A stretch of DNA of 64,000 bases from Malacoraja senta (Eukaryota). A program made the position numbers and the translations under genes. The notes under the pieces are model-generated. The model was given only the letters and a program-made list of their open reading frames with translations. It ran no database searches and was not told the DNA's origin. The stretch is taken from NCBI GenBank assembly GCA_038087875.1, contig CM075984.1, positions 44,950,001 through 45,014,000 of the forward strand. Direction: 5' to 3'. Shown piece after piece: positions 25,401 through 37,039 of this stretch (the first letter of the stretch is position 1; every line of letters starts with the position of its first letter).

Positions 25401-26519
25401 GTAAATGGTGTGATGTTCTGATCACTTCAAAGTTACAAATATTTATTTTGTCCTTCCTTGAGCACCATCATAAGATTAATTCCAGTATCTTAAACAGTTA
25501 TTCCTGAATATCCGTGGAAGGATTAATTTACCAAACTGTAATAATATGACTAAATGGCCACATGGCTGTATAGCTAATCAGAGCAGGCTCTTGCAAAGAT
25601 ACAGTAAGATTATCGTGCATATACGTACACATTTACATGTCGGCACATAGATGTAATTTTATTGTGTGGTTACCAAGGAAACTGCAATGGCAGGCTGAAG
25701 CCAAGGCAGTCCTTTGCACAGTGTTTTACTACAAACAAATAATGCTGCTGAGAAGATGCTATGAAGCCACTAAACCTGACAGAGCTGGCGTAGTTACATT
25801 AGTAAAACTTAAAATTAACAGCTACGCAAAAAAAAAAAGAACCCATGTCACTTTCAAAGTTTTAAATAACTTTAGTTGAAAATTTAAGAAAATGGGTGTT
25901 GGTTTGTTGGGCGTTAAAGTTACATTCCTTAAAGTTGAGCATTTCATTTGCTGATTTGCTTAAACGGCGAAAGCTGGTGAATGTGAAACATTTACTAGAT
26001 ATGGGGGAATAAAATCTTTATATATCGGTACTAAGATATGGAAAGCTAGCTGAATATTATCTTTGTAATTAATTAACAAACTCAGCAATCTGGAATAAAC
26101 ACATTATCATCACAGATGCTGAGTTTACCAAGCTAATTGGATAAAACAGTGGGCTCCAGTCTATTGCTTTCCAAGATTAGTGATTGACATGCTTCTGTCT
26201 GGCTTGTCTATTAACTGTGGTCATATTGTTGCTATTTGGAGTTTTGCTTGGCTAATACTTCTAACAAATAGAGTGCTTCTTTAGCCCTCTCTCCTTGACC
26301 TTCTCTTGTCCATTTTCTTTTAGTCAATTCAAACTGCCTTATGAAGGATTTGGTCACAGTAGAGTGAATCTCAATTCAGTGCATATAGTTAACAGAATGC
26401 AGCCAAATTAGCTCTTAGTCAACTCTACGCAACACCAATTCAGCAACTCCCAACACTTAGTGCAATTGAGTACAAATCGATCAATTTGGTGCAATCAATT
26501 GCAAAATAATAATAAACCC

Positions 26520-26900
26520 ACATCAGAACACGAAGCCAAAATGAGTGGAAACATTAAAATAAACTTTAGGTGCAATGGACTCCAGGCAGCCCGGCAAGTA
26601 CTCAATGCCATATAATGCAATTAACAAACACAGAATCAGCTGCGCTACATTAACCACAAGCTGAAACAAAACTCTCTGAACTGGATGTACCCTTATGAAG
26701 GGCGACTGAATGAATATAGTCCATTGGTGCCTCAGGTTCATCCTATTGCCTGCCCTGAATACCTCACTTCAAAGACAAGCCGCATTCATTAATTGGCCTT
26801 TGAATTAATATCAAAGGGTCACAATGCGAGTGCCAAAAGAGAAAGAAGCTTTAATGAAGCATAGAACTGCCATTCATTTGCAGATAAGCATGTTTTTATG
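26520..26900. promoter_or_regulatory. Candidate intron-4 Wnt-responsive enhancer
   Basis: Three TCF/LEF motifs in 50 bp (26768-26774, 26798-26804, 26810-26816), with TAAT homeodomain cores and a Sox-type ACAATG, inside a repeat-free block. Confidence 0.5.
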
Positions 26901-29254
26901 CTTGGATGGTCACCACGCTGAAGGCCTCAGGAAGGGGGAGGCAGAAAGAGTTGAAGAAGCTTTGCTCTAATGGTGATTTGTACTGTAAACAAACAAGAGA
27001 AAACCAACAAATATACTACAAAATAGTGGTAGTCCATTCAAGCCACAATGGCACAACAACTTTCTACTATTACGAACTACAGCAAAACAAAAGAATAGCT
27101 TAAGTCAGTCCTTCCTCTGTTCAGTATCATATTTTAATTAATATGTTATTCGGACAAACATTATACTTCAGTCTAACTTTTAAAGTCTTTGTAATCAGAG
27201 TCCTTAATATAAACCAAACTCATTCAATGTCACTGCTCACATGAATGAAATGATAACGTTGCATTTTAATTTACTAGATTCCTCTTGCAAATTCACACAC
27301 ATTTGGGTTTAAACGTTGCTTTCTTTATCTCTTTTAGTTTTGTGTGTTCATTGTTCTTTAGGGTTTTTGGGGAATTTTCTTTTCCTTAATATTAAATCAA
27401 AACTTGGCACAAAGCTGTTCCGAATCAGCTTACAACGCCATTTCTTATGACTATTACTTTTCAGTTCTCTTGTCTATTATATGTATTTTGACATGGAAAC
27501 ATTAACAAGTACGTTACCTCAGTCCAGCACCGAAGGATTTTTAATGCAATCTGCATTACACCATCAGTAAAATACAGCCTTACATTTTATATATCTGATA
27601 AGTTAAAGCGGCTGTACTGTTTGCACCGATGTGCTTATTGATCCTTTTTTTCGGTAAAAGTCTTGGAAAAACTATCGCCAAAAAAGTTTCAAATACCACT
27701 TGTTTTTTTCAGTCTATCAACAACAGACATTTGGGGAAGCACTTGCTGAAATATTGATGGCAAGTTATTCGCTTTATTTACACAAAGTTCTTCTCAGTTT
27801 CTTTGATAAAAACAGTTAAATCTTTTTACCCTTTCATGTTTTGTCAGAACTTGATTCCTTTTGTCCTCAGGCTATTTGCCTAGCTGCGAACAATGATGCG
27901 GGAAGAATAGAAGCAGATTGTCGGAATGGTCTTCAGTGAAACTAATTATGACACGTTGACTACACTCACCATGACATATTTCAGAGATCCAAGCTTATTC
28001 AATTACCCTTTCCAGATTTTCCTTTGAGAAATATTTTATCCTTTTCAATGTTTGTATTTCTGAAGTGCATTTATGTCCAATCTGTAAGCACAATCCCCTG
28101 ATCTGTGAGCGATGCTATTGTTACCATTATTGTACCCATTTCCAAATTAAGTAAACACCAGTGGGATATTGAAGACATAATTTTGTTTGAAAGGCTTAGT
28201 AGCAAAGAAAAAGTTTTTTTTCTCTCTCTCTCCTTGTATTTTTATAGCAACTGTGATATTTTGTAGTCCCCCCCTTAAGATATGGTTAAAAAACAAGGGC
28301 CATGAGGCTCAGGCTGACTTTTTTTTCCCTCGGAGTTCGCTTCTTGTTGGAATAAAACACATTTCATTTCATGTTGCTAATCACAACAGGCATTGACAGT
28401 TTGGTGAACACTGGACTTGTAATGCCTGATGATCCTGGTGTGGACTTTGCAGATGCCAACTAGCGGCAGCTGCTCAGCGAGCGTATATTAGAATAGGGCC
28501 AGTGAAAGAAAACAAAAATATCTTAGTTACATACGTCCTGAGAATATGAGCACTTAATAACTTAGGAAGCAAATTGAGACACTCTTCTGATTTAAGTTCG
28601 CAATCTGAATGCTGCTTAAAAAGTCTATATGGCGTTATCGTTTTAAATGAATAGGACACTTAGTAGGAATTATTTTGTTTTAATGTATTGCGTCTTTTAG
28701 GTCCGGTTGTATTCTGCAATGCCATCGGACTCGGAGGATGAATATACCCTGTTCTAGGGTCTCCTCTAACTGAACTGAACCTGTTTGTAAGAAATGCACA
28801 AAGCTTGATTTCGATAGACTGTCCTGATTATCTCCACTGCATTGTGAGACTCCGACCCACAGCCACTAACCACCACTCCACGCTCTCCAACAACTGCACA
28901 GCCATTCCCACCATCTCCACTACTGCCAGGGACAGCATGCAAAGAAGGTGGACTCTCTAACCTTCTTCCTACCTCTTGGAATTGTAGTTTATTCATGTAT
29001 AAAAATTTCTAAAATCCATGCAAACGTCTCGTATATCCTAAGGCCTTTCTGCACACAAATATGTCTTAGGACTTAAGAAATGTGACTCATAAAGGAAGCA
29101 CGACAGAGAAAATTTCTGAGCTTGAGAAATCTGCCACTGAAAATATAACAACATACCTTTCTGGTTTTCAGAATGGAGCGCTGCAGCAAACCAGAAATAC
29201 TATCCTGAAACAAGAAACCTGCCATCAAAATAGGCGATGTTTCATGTTGGGACT

Positions 29255-29835
29255 CTTCCTAACCTGAAACATTGCCTATCCATGTTCTCCATAGGTGCTG
29301 CTTGACCTGTTGAATTATTCCAGCACTTGGTGTCTTTTTTATTATACAGCAGCATCTGCAGTCCTTGTGTCTACTATCAAATTATACTTTTTAATAAAAC
29401 TTTTGGGTCACTTAAATTTGTTTTAATTTTAATAATGAGAAACTACGGTGGGGCTTATCGTTATAAATGACTTCTGATAAATTAAAGTTCATGGGAGCTG
29501 GAAATCAGCATTACATGAATCACGGTCTTTCAGTCAATCGTACCCCCAGTCCCATCAATGTACTCTTCAGTTCAGCTTAGCCTCACCCTAGTCATCCTGC
29601 CAGTTTCACTGTTCATATTCCTTCATTATCCCCTCCTCCACAGCCAACAATGAACCATTGTGGCCTTTGGCCATTGGTGCCGGCTCTGATTTATCCGTCC
29701 TGTTACATACCTCTAGTTTCCCTCTCCCCTGACTCTCAGTCTGAAGAAGGGTCTCAACCCAAAATGTCACATGTTCCTTTTCTCCAGAGATGCTGCCTGA
29801 CCAGCTGAGTTACTCCAGCATCTTGTGTCAACCTA
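29255..29835 (+). mobile_element. Two Penelope-like terminal fragments (about 29255-29375 and 29575-29835)
   Basis: ctgactctcagtctgaagaagggtctcaaccc...gagttactccagca; the upstream part matches the reverse complement of 17740-17880. Confidence 0.75.
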
Positions 29836-30703
29836 GAAGATGTACCTTTTTTGATAAGGGGAGCAATCGCAAGACCACTCTAATATATATCCCTGAAGTG
29901 ATTAAATAGAGGCACTAACCTAACAGACGTGTGCCTTCTCAAGAGCTCATCATATTGTACTTGAGTGATTGGAGAGGAATTTAAAGAGAATGTTTTAATA
30001 AGCTCATTAATAATGGATACAACAAATTTAAAATAAACTCTAGATGCCAAATAGGAGAAACTCAATAAGGTTTTATTGAATTCCTTTAGGTTTACCTCTC
30101 CCAAAATAGTAGTTCATTCCAACTAGGTGAAGACCTTTCGTAAAATAACAGCTACAAGAATTTCATATGAACCTACTAACTATGCATTGATATTCGGGCA
30201 TATTAATTGCAAGAACATAAATGTGCTGGTGCAGCCAAATCCAAGCCATTCATGTATTTATGTTCAACTTCTCTTCTCAGCATTTCTGCGGATTTCCCTG
30301 CGTCAATTTTTTTCGTAAAACCTTGTCCTCAAGTAACAAATTGGCCAAAAATGGGGTCCTCCTCTTTCACTGAGAACAATTAATCCCTTTTACTACTTTG
30401 AATTTTCCTGGGAGTAGCCAGGTTTCCAGCTGAGGCTTAACTTTACTGTCTCCATCAGGCAGACACTTCATCCACTTGGTGTTTGTATGAAGCACCTATG
30501 GCCCACAACATTCATCCAGCTCATTCTACAATAGCACCCATTGTTACACCACTCAAGAGCCTCTGTCTTCAGCAGTTATATAAGTAGGATCTGCAAACCA
30601 TTCTCCCGTGCCTTCATCTCCAACATACTGAATAAGTCAATATGAAGCAGGTTATTATCACACAATTAATCAAAGCATATAAATCACTGAATATCAAATG
30701 CAA

Positions 30704-30940
30704 TGTAGGAAGGAACTGCAGATGCTGGTTTACACCGCAGAAAGACACATAAAGCTGGAGTAATTCAGCAGTCAAGCAACATCTCTGGAGAAAAGGAATA
30801 GGTGACGTTTCAGGTTGAGACCCTTCTTCAGACCCTTTGCTCTGACTCTCAGATATCGACCCGAAACGTCACCTATGACTTTTCTCCAGAGATGCTGCCT
30901 AACCCGTTGAGTTACTCCAGCTTTTTGTGTCTCTCTTCGA
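30704..30940. mobile_element. Inverted Penelope-like terminal repeat pair
   Basis: An antisense copy followed by a sense copy of the family repeat. Confidence 0.8.
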
Positions 30941-31189
30941 ATATCAAATACATCTCTCATCCAAAATGTGAGATCTTGCTCTAAAATGTGACTCTTCTAC
31001 ATAAAATTTGGACTGCTTTATCAGGACAGACACACCATATGATTGGACTGGGCTACGTTATATATCTGCTACAGTTAAGTCCTAAAGTATTCTATTCAGT
31101 TATTATTAATCACACAAATTATGGAAATTAAGGCCGCAGATCAATTGTAGATAACTGGGATTATTATAGATGAATTGTGATGGACATTT

Positions 31190-31456
31190 TATTTAGTTTA
31201 GTTTAGTTTAACTGAGTCCAACCGAGTCCACACCAACCAACGATCACCCGCACACCAGTTCTATCCTACACACTAAGTACAATCTACAGAGGCCAATTAA
31301 CCTGCAAACCTGCACGTCTTTGGAGTACCTGAAGGAAACCTACACGGTCACTTGGAGAACGTGCAACCTCCATATAGACAGCACCCGTAGTCAGAATCAA
31401 ACCCAGATCCTTTGCGCTGTACGGCAGCAACCCTACCGCTGCGCCACCGTGCCGCC
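31190..31456 (-). mobile_element. HE1/V-SINE-like element
   Basis: (tttag)n tail, V-domain-like body and head ctaccgctgcgccaccgtgccgcc. Confidence 0.85.
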
Positions 31457-31890
31457 TGACATGGTGGGCTAAAGGGCTTGTTGTTCTCTATATAACTAAA
31501 AGTCTGATCTTGACCACTTCCTGTTGTTCTGTATATTAATTTTAGAAAAAACGCTGCCACTTACGGCTGTGATTTTTGGCCTTCTTACTCAGTCCCCCTC
31601 CGCTGCGGAGGACAAGAGGATTTTTTCCCATCGATGAAAAATAAAAGAGCTATTAGTGTTTAAAAAATGTTAAGATTCTCTCTCCTGAAGGCCAGGCCCC
31701 TTCCGGAGGGACTATAAAACCGGGAAGTGTTGAGTGCCTCAGTCAGTCTCTGCAAGATGGGGGAGCGAGAGGGTCACGTCTCTCAGTCTGTGCTGTGAAT
31801 AACACTGAACACATGTCTACTAAACTGTGAGTGTGGTTTTACTGACCTTGAGTGCCCTTAATGTGGTTTGAAAATGAAAATGTGGTTGAT

Positions 31891-32048
31891 TTGAAATAAA
31901 GCACAGCAAATGGTTGGTGGTGGTTGGTTTGAAATAAAGCACAGCAAATGGTTGGTGGTGGTTGGTTTGAAATAAAGCACAGCAAATGGTTGGTGGTGGT
32001 TGGTTTGAAATAAAGCACAGCAAATGGTTGGTGGTGGTTGGTTTGAAA
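31891..32048 (+). repeat. 38-bp tandem repeat, 4 copies
   Basis: ttgaaataaagcacagcaaatggttggtggtggttggt units. Confidence 0.95.
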
Positions 32049-32330
32049 TGGCAAATGATTAAAAGTCTAAACTTGACAACTTCCTGTTTGCACTGTATAT
32101 TGATTTTAGATAAAAACGCTACCACTTACGGCTGTGATTTATGGCCATCTTACTCAGTCCCCCTCCGCTCATCAGGTGCAGAAGATTTTTCCCATCAGTG
32201 AAAAATAAAAGTGTTATTAATGTTTAGAAAATGTTGAGAAACTCTCTCATGTCAATCATGCCATGAAGGCCACACCCCTTCCAGTGGGAGGGAGAAGGGA
32301 TTATAAAACCCGGAAGTGTGGGTGTGGCTC

Positions 32331-32623
32331 NNNNNNNNNNNNNNNNNNNNNNNNNNNNNNNNNNNNNNNNNNNNNNNNNNNNNNNNNNNNNNNNNNNNNN
32401 NNNNNNNNNNNNNNNNNNNNNNNNNNNNNNNNNNNNNNNNNNNNNNNNNNNNNNNNNNNNNNNNNNNNNNNNNNNNNNNNNNNNNNNNNNNNNNNNNNNN
32501 NNNNNNNNNNNNNNNNNNNNNNNNNNNNNNNNNNNNNNNNNNNNNNNNNNNNNNNNNNNNNNNNNNNNNNNNNNNNNNNNNNNNNNNNNNNNNNNNNNNN
32601 NNNNNNNNNNNNNNNNNNNNNNN
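32331..32623. other. Assembly gap (N run)
   Basis: 293 N. Confidence 1.
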
Positions 32624-32717
32624 GTGAATCAACTGAATGCACTGAATGTCTACTAAACTGTGTATGGTGTTTATGTGGTGTTTTGTGTGGTTTTATGGTG
32701 GTTTTATGGTGGTTTTA

Positions 32718-33064
32718 CCCTGCTTGAAATGGTATGAAAATGCATTTGAATTTGGTGGCCTTGCACCCTGCTTGAAATGGTATGAAACTGCACTTGAATT
32801 CGGTGGCCTTGCACCCTGCTTGAAGTGGTAGGAAACTGCACTTGAATTCGGTGGCCTTGCACAATGCTTGAAGTGGTAGGAAACTGCAACTGAATTTGGT
32901 GGCCTTGCACCCTGCTTGAAGTGGTATGAAACTGCACTTGAATTTGGTGGCCTTGCACCCTGCTTGAAGTGGTAAGAAACTGCACTTGAATTTGGTGGCC
33001 TTGCACCCTGCTTGAAATGGAAGGAAACTGCATTTGAATTTGGTGGCCTTGCACCCTGCTTGAA
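32718..33064 (+). repeat. 48-bp tandem repeat, about 7 copies
   Basis: ccctgcttgaa(a/g)tggta(t/g)gaaactgcacttgaatt(c/t)ggtggccttgca units; these explain the periodic spurious ORFs. Confidence 0.95.
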
Positions 33065-35299
33065 TTGATATTTCAAGGAATAGCCGTGAGTTAACTGCCA
33101 GCCCACCAGCCGTGAGTGAGCTGCCAGCACATCAGGCTTGAATGACTGAGCTGCCACCCCAAGAATCCATTTGGTCCACAGTCCATACTAGCCCTCTGGA
33201 AACCAGTCCCTTCAGCCACAACACCCATACTAGTGCTCCAGAAATCCCCCCCCCCCCCCCCCACTGGCCACCAATATTGGAATTGGTGGAGAGGTGGAAT
33301 ATTGCGTTGGGGGACCAGCCCTCCCGTGTGAACATGGGACCCAACAGATCCCACTTAGTCTAGTATTGTATAACACTATGAATCAATGGTTCCATCTGTA
33401 AGAAGCACATTTTAGATTAACTTCGACAAAGAACATAACTGGAAGCCAGCAATAATGTTGCACCACCCCAATTCATGGCAATGGTTCCTATACTTCTCCT
33501 TCAGAAATAAGTGAACGCTTTGGAAGATGATTAATTTACCATAACATATACCGTGGGGCATAAATAATATTCTCATTTTAACAATCTTATTTAGCCACAA
33601 CACTCCTGAATATCTATTAATCTCTGTTCAACTGTTTTTATAAAATATTTTGTTCACAAAATACTTTTAACCTAAGATAGACACAAAAGGCTGGAGTAAC
33701 TCAGCTGGTCAGACACCATCTCTGGAGAAAAGGACTGGGTGATGTTTCAGGTCGAGACCCTTCTTTTAACCTATATGTTTAAAATACGTTTTTTTTTTCC
33801 TGAGACTTTGTAGCATGTCGCTCCAGAACGATCTGATGTAAGACACAAGGAAATATTTATTAAAAATGGAGCAGGATGTATGTAATTCATCATGGATGCC
33901 TCCTGAACTGAATGTCAAATCACAGTGAGCAGCATGTTACAGTGCATGATGAATCAAAGAACATTGCTTAACCACAGAGCTCAAGGCTATGGAGTGAATG
34001 ATGTTTGCTTTGTAAGAAAGACATCAAATCTAAAGAGTCAGTAAGTGGCCAGCCTATGGAAAGTTATATCTACATCCATATCTTCCCTCTAACTTCACAA
34101 TCAGTAAAAACTAAAGCAAATCAACCAAAACAAGGAAATTTGAAAATCAATGAAAACCAAAGACAATACTTCATACTCAAACTCAAGCTATTGAGGTTTC
34201 ATAAGATGGACATTGCAGAAATCCTGTAGATTGTGCAACAATAAAATCTACAGTTATGAGGAAATTTCAACCAACTTTTCTCTGCCTAATTTTATCACGT
34301 GATGCTACAGACAATATTTTGGAGGTTAGGGCATTTGGAAACAAGGCTGGCATTCAAAGACAAGAATCCCGAAGTTTCGAGGGATTGTGGCAACATTATT
34401 ACTTATCAAAAAGAAATCATGTAAGTTATGTTCTATGAGAAAAGGATCGAAGTATACCTTAATTTGTGGCAAAGTTAAACCATTATATATCGGCTTAATC
34501 GGGAGATTACTGGGCCATCTTGACCTGAATTTACAGAATAATTGACAATGACTTAACCGAATAAAGTAAAATAGAGTCAAATAGAATAACAGTGAAAAAT
34601 CCTAAAGAACTCATCTGCTATAGTGTGAAGTTATTCCCAATAGGACACACCAATCTCCCTTTTGGTTAAATTGATAATTTATCCCAAACGTACATCTAAC
34701 TTGTTATTAATGTATAGTGTACTTAAGAACATTGATCTTTAGTTCCCTATATTCTCTTACCATATCATTTTACAAGGGGAATGATGAGAATAATTAAAGC
34801 TGAAAAGGCTCCTTGCTCCATTATAATTATTTTCTGGATTTTTTTTCTTGCTTCAAAGACGCTTCAGGAATGGTTTAAATGCATGGCCGTGAAAGGCTTC
34901 TTAGCAATTCCCCAAATCTGGTGTTAATTTTAGGTAGAAGGTTTGAAGAAAAGGACAGATAAAGAAGGTGCCTTGCAGATGGGATTTATACAATTGAGAC
35001 CACAAACAATTTAGATCACAATTATTTTGGTGAGAACTAGTACTGATAAGATGTTTACTTTAATACACTATTTTTGCTTTCCAAAATTTAAATTAACCAA
35101 GGTTGTATAAAATATTACATTAAACTTCTGCATGATTGTTCAGATACAAATTAATAGCGACATTACCTAATATTCAACTGAAAAGATTCATTAGAAATTA
35201 TACTATAGGATTGGCATGCTGTATATTTAGTTTTAACGTTTGTACTCAACTATTTCATTGGTGCTTTTCCATGGGTGCTTTTTGCATATCTTCCATTCA

Positions 35300-35483
35300 T
35301 TTCTCCTAAGTACCATCTATCTCTCTCGTTCCCCTTTCCCCTGACTCTCCGTCTGAAGAAGGGTCTCGACTCAAAACGTCACCTATTCCTTTTCTCATGA
35401 GATGCTGCTTGACCTGCTGAGTTGCTCCAGCCTTTTGTGTCTGTCTTCAGTTTTAAACCAGCATCTGCAGTTCCTCCCTACAT
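35300..35483 (+). mobile_element. Penelope-like terminal repeat
   Basis: gtctgaagaagggtctcgactcaaaacgtcacc...gcatctgcagttcct. Confidence 0.8.
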
Positions 35484-37039
35484 ATTTCATTAGTGTGTTC
35501 AGAGACCTAATTAAGTTAATGATTAAATTGAAAAGACCTATGTTAATGAAGTTTCCCATTTACAATATCCTACATTAGATACAATAAAGATGCCCTCTCT
35601 TTAATTGGTGTAAGCCAAAAACATAGAGCTTTGATCCCTGTTGTTAAAAGGCAATGACAATAGACGTTCAGCAACAAGGGGGCGAGCTGCTAGGCTCTCT
35701 TCACACAACAATAGCATCAGCATCAACAAACAAGCACTTGATCAATATTTGGCCAAGGCAACTGAAAAGTTCCTTTACAGATTTTAATTCAAGGTTGTAA
35801 AACAGCTGTAAGGCAAAAAGGGGACATAAAACTCCAGTGAATTCACTTGGGAAGAACCTTTCCTGTCTGCTTAGCATGTAATAACGGCACGACCACAACC
35901 ATCACCGGCAGACTCCACTCTACAGGTTTTCTCTGGTGATACAAACAGTGGCCAAACTTAAGCATTTTAATTCAGCTTGCAGCAATTCATACAGATTTCA
36001 AAAATATGGTATTGTTTGACAATGGAGTCAACGCTGTTTTGTGAACTCACTTGATCAAAATCATACCATGTGTTCCAAGTATACTGAACACAGAGACAAG
36101 ACTTTCATGTCATAATTGGTTGCTGGGTTATTTATATACTAAAGAGTTGCTTCAGGTGAACCCTTAGCTTGCATTATAATTCACTACTTCATCTCAAGTG
36201 AACTTATATTTGGGTAAACTAAACCAAACAAAATTAATGTTCACATGCAATAGCAAAATCTCATCATTTTGCAATACAGAATTACTTCTGGTATTAATTT
36301 GATACCCACGTTACCAGCCAAAACATATTGTAAAAAAGATACATTTATATTTTAGAATCAAGTTTCATACCTAATAAAAAAGAATGTCAGCTTTATTTTA
36401 ATTCATCGCATTAAATTGGCACAATATGGAGCACAATTGCTCTTAAATGATTTGATTTACTTCACAGAGTCGAATTATTAGATCTATACAAAACAAAATT
36501 CTCTTAGAGTTATGTGTACATTGACGCATCTGTTCTATTTTCTTTGGAATTGTTCCCAGCGAGATTGTTTGGTTTCGATCTTGCAGAGTTAAAAACCAGG
36601 GAGTTGACTATGACCAGAGTTTTAGAAATCAATAATGTGATATTTAACAGCATGAACTTTTTTTAAATCTGCCTCTTTAAAATACGTTACAACACACTGA
36701 AGGATACATCCAGCAAAATTATTTCTGTAAAATTTTAATTCCATGCTATGTATTTTTATATCCCATTTTTTCTCAGTTTTGTTTTTATTTCATTCTGTTT
36801 CTCATTATAGAACAGCATTTGGTGAGATGGTTGTTGGGGGTAAATTGGATCAAGCGTTTCAGATACGAGGCCAAACTCTCATTAATCCCTAGTCCATTTT
36901 GTTGCACTTAATATTTTTGAATTTAAAAGTATACTTTGCATTTTCTTTGCATGGAAAAGTAATTTATTGAGAATTGGATAAGCCTCATGCTTTAAACTTC
37001 TTATCTACAATAAATAAAACAAAGAACAGACTATTAAAG

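Larger units (their letters stand above)
31487..33363 (+). mobile_element. Non-autonomous Helitron with internal duplication and minisatellites
   Basis: 5' TCTATATAACTAAAA; 3' imperfect hairpin TGGGACCCAACAGATCCCA followed by CTAG|T; no TSD; splits a CR1/SINE-type tail. Confidence 0.75.

Noticed and set aside
31820-32201. Repetitive ORFs and a CRISPR-like look of the 38-bp array
   Set aside because: Head-to-tail tandem units without unique spacers, in vertebrate DNA.
32252-32727. Long ORFs containing X runs
   Set aside because: Artefacts of the N gap.
32693-33157. 154-aa ORF with a 16-aa repeat (YHFKQGARPPNSSAVS)
   Set aside because: A by-product of the 48-bp minisatellite inside a Helitron; no splice or homology support.
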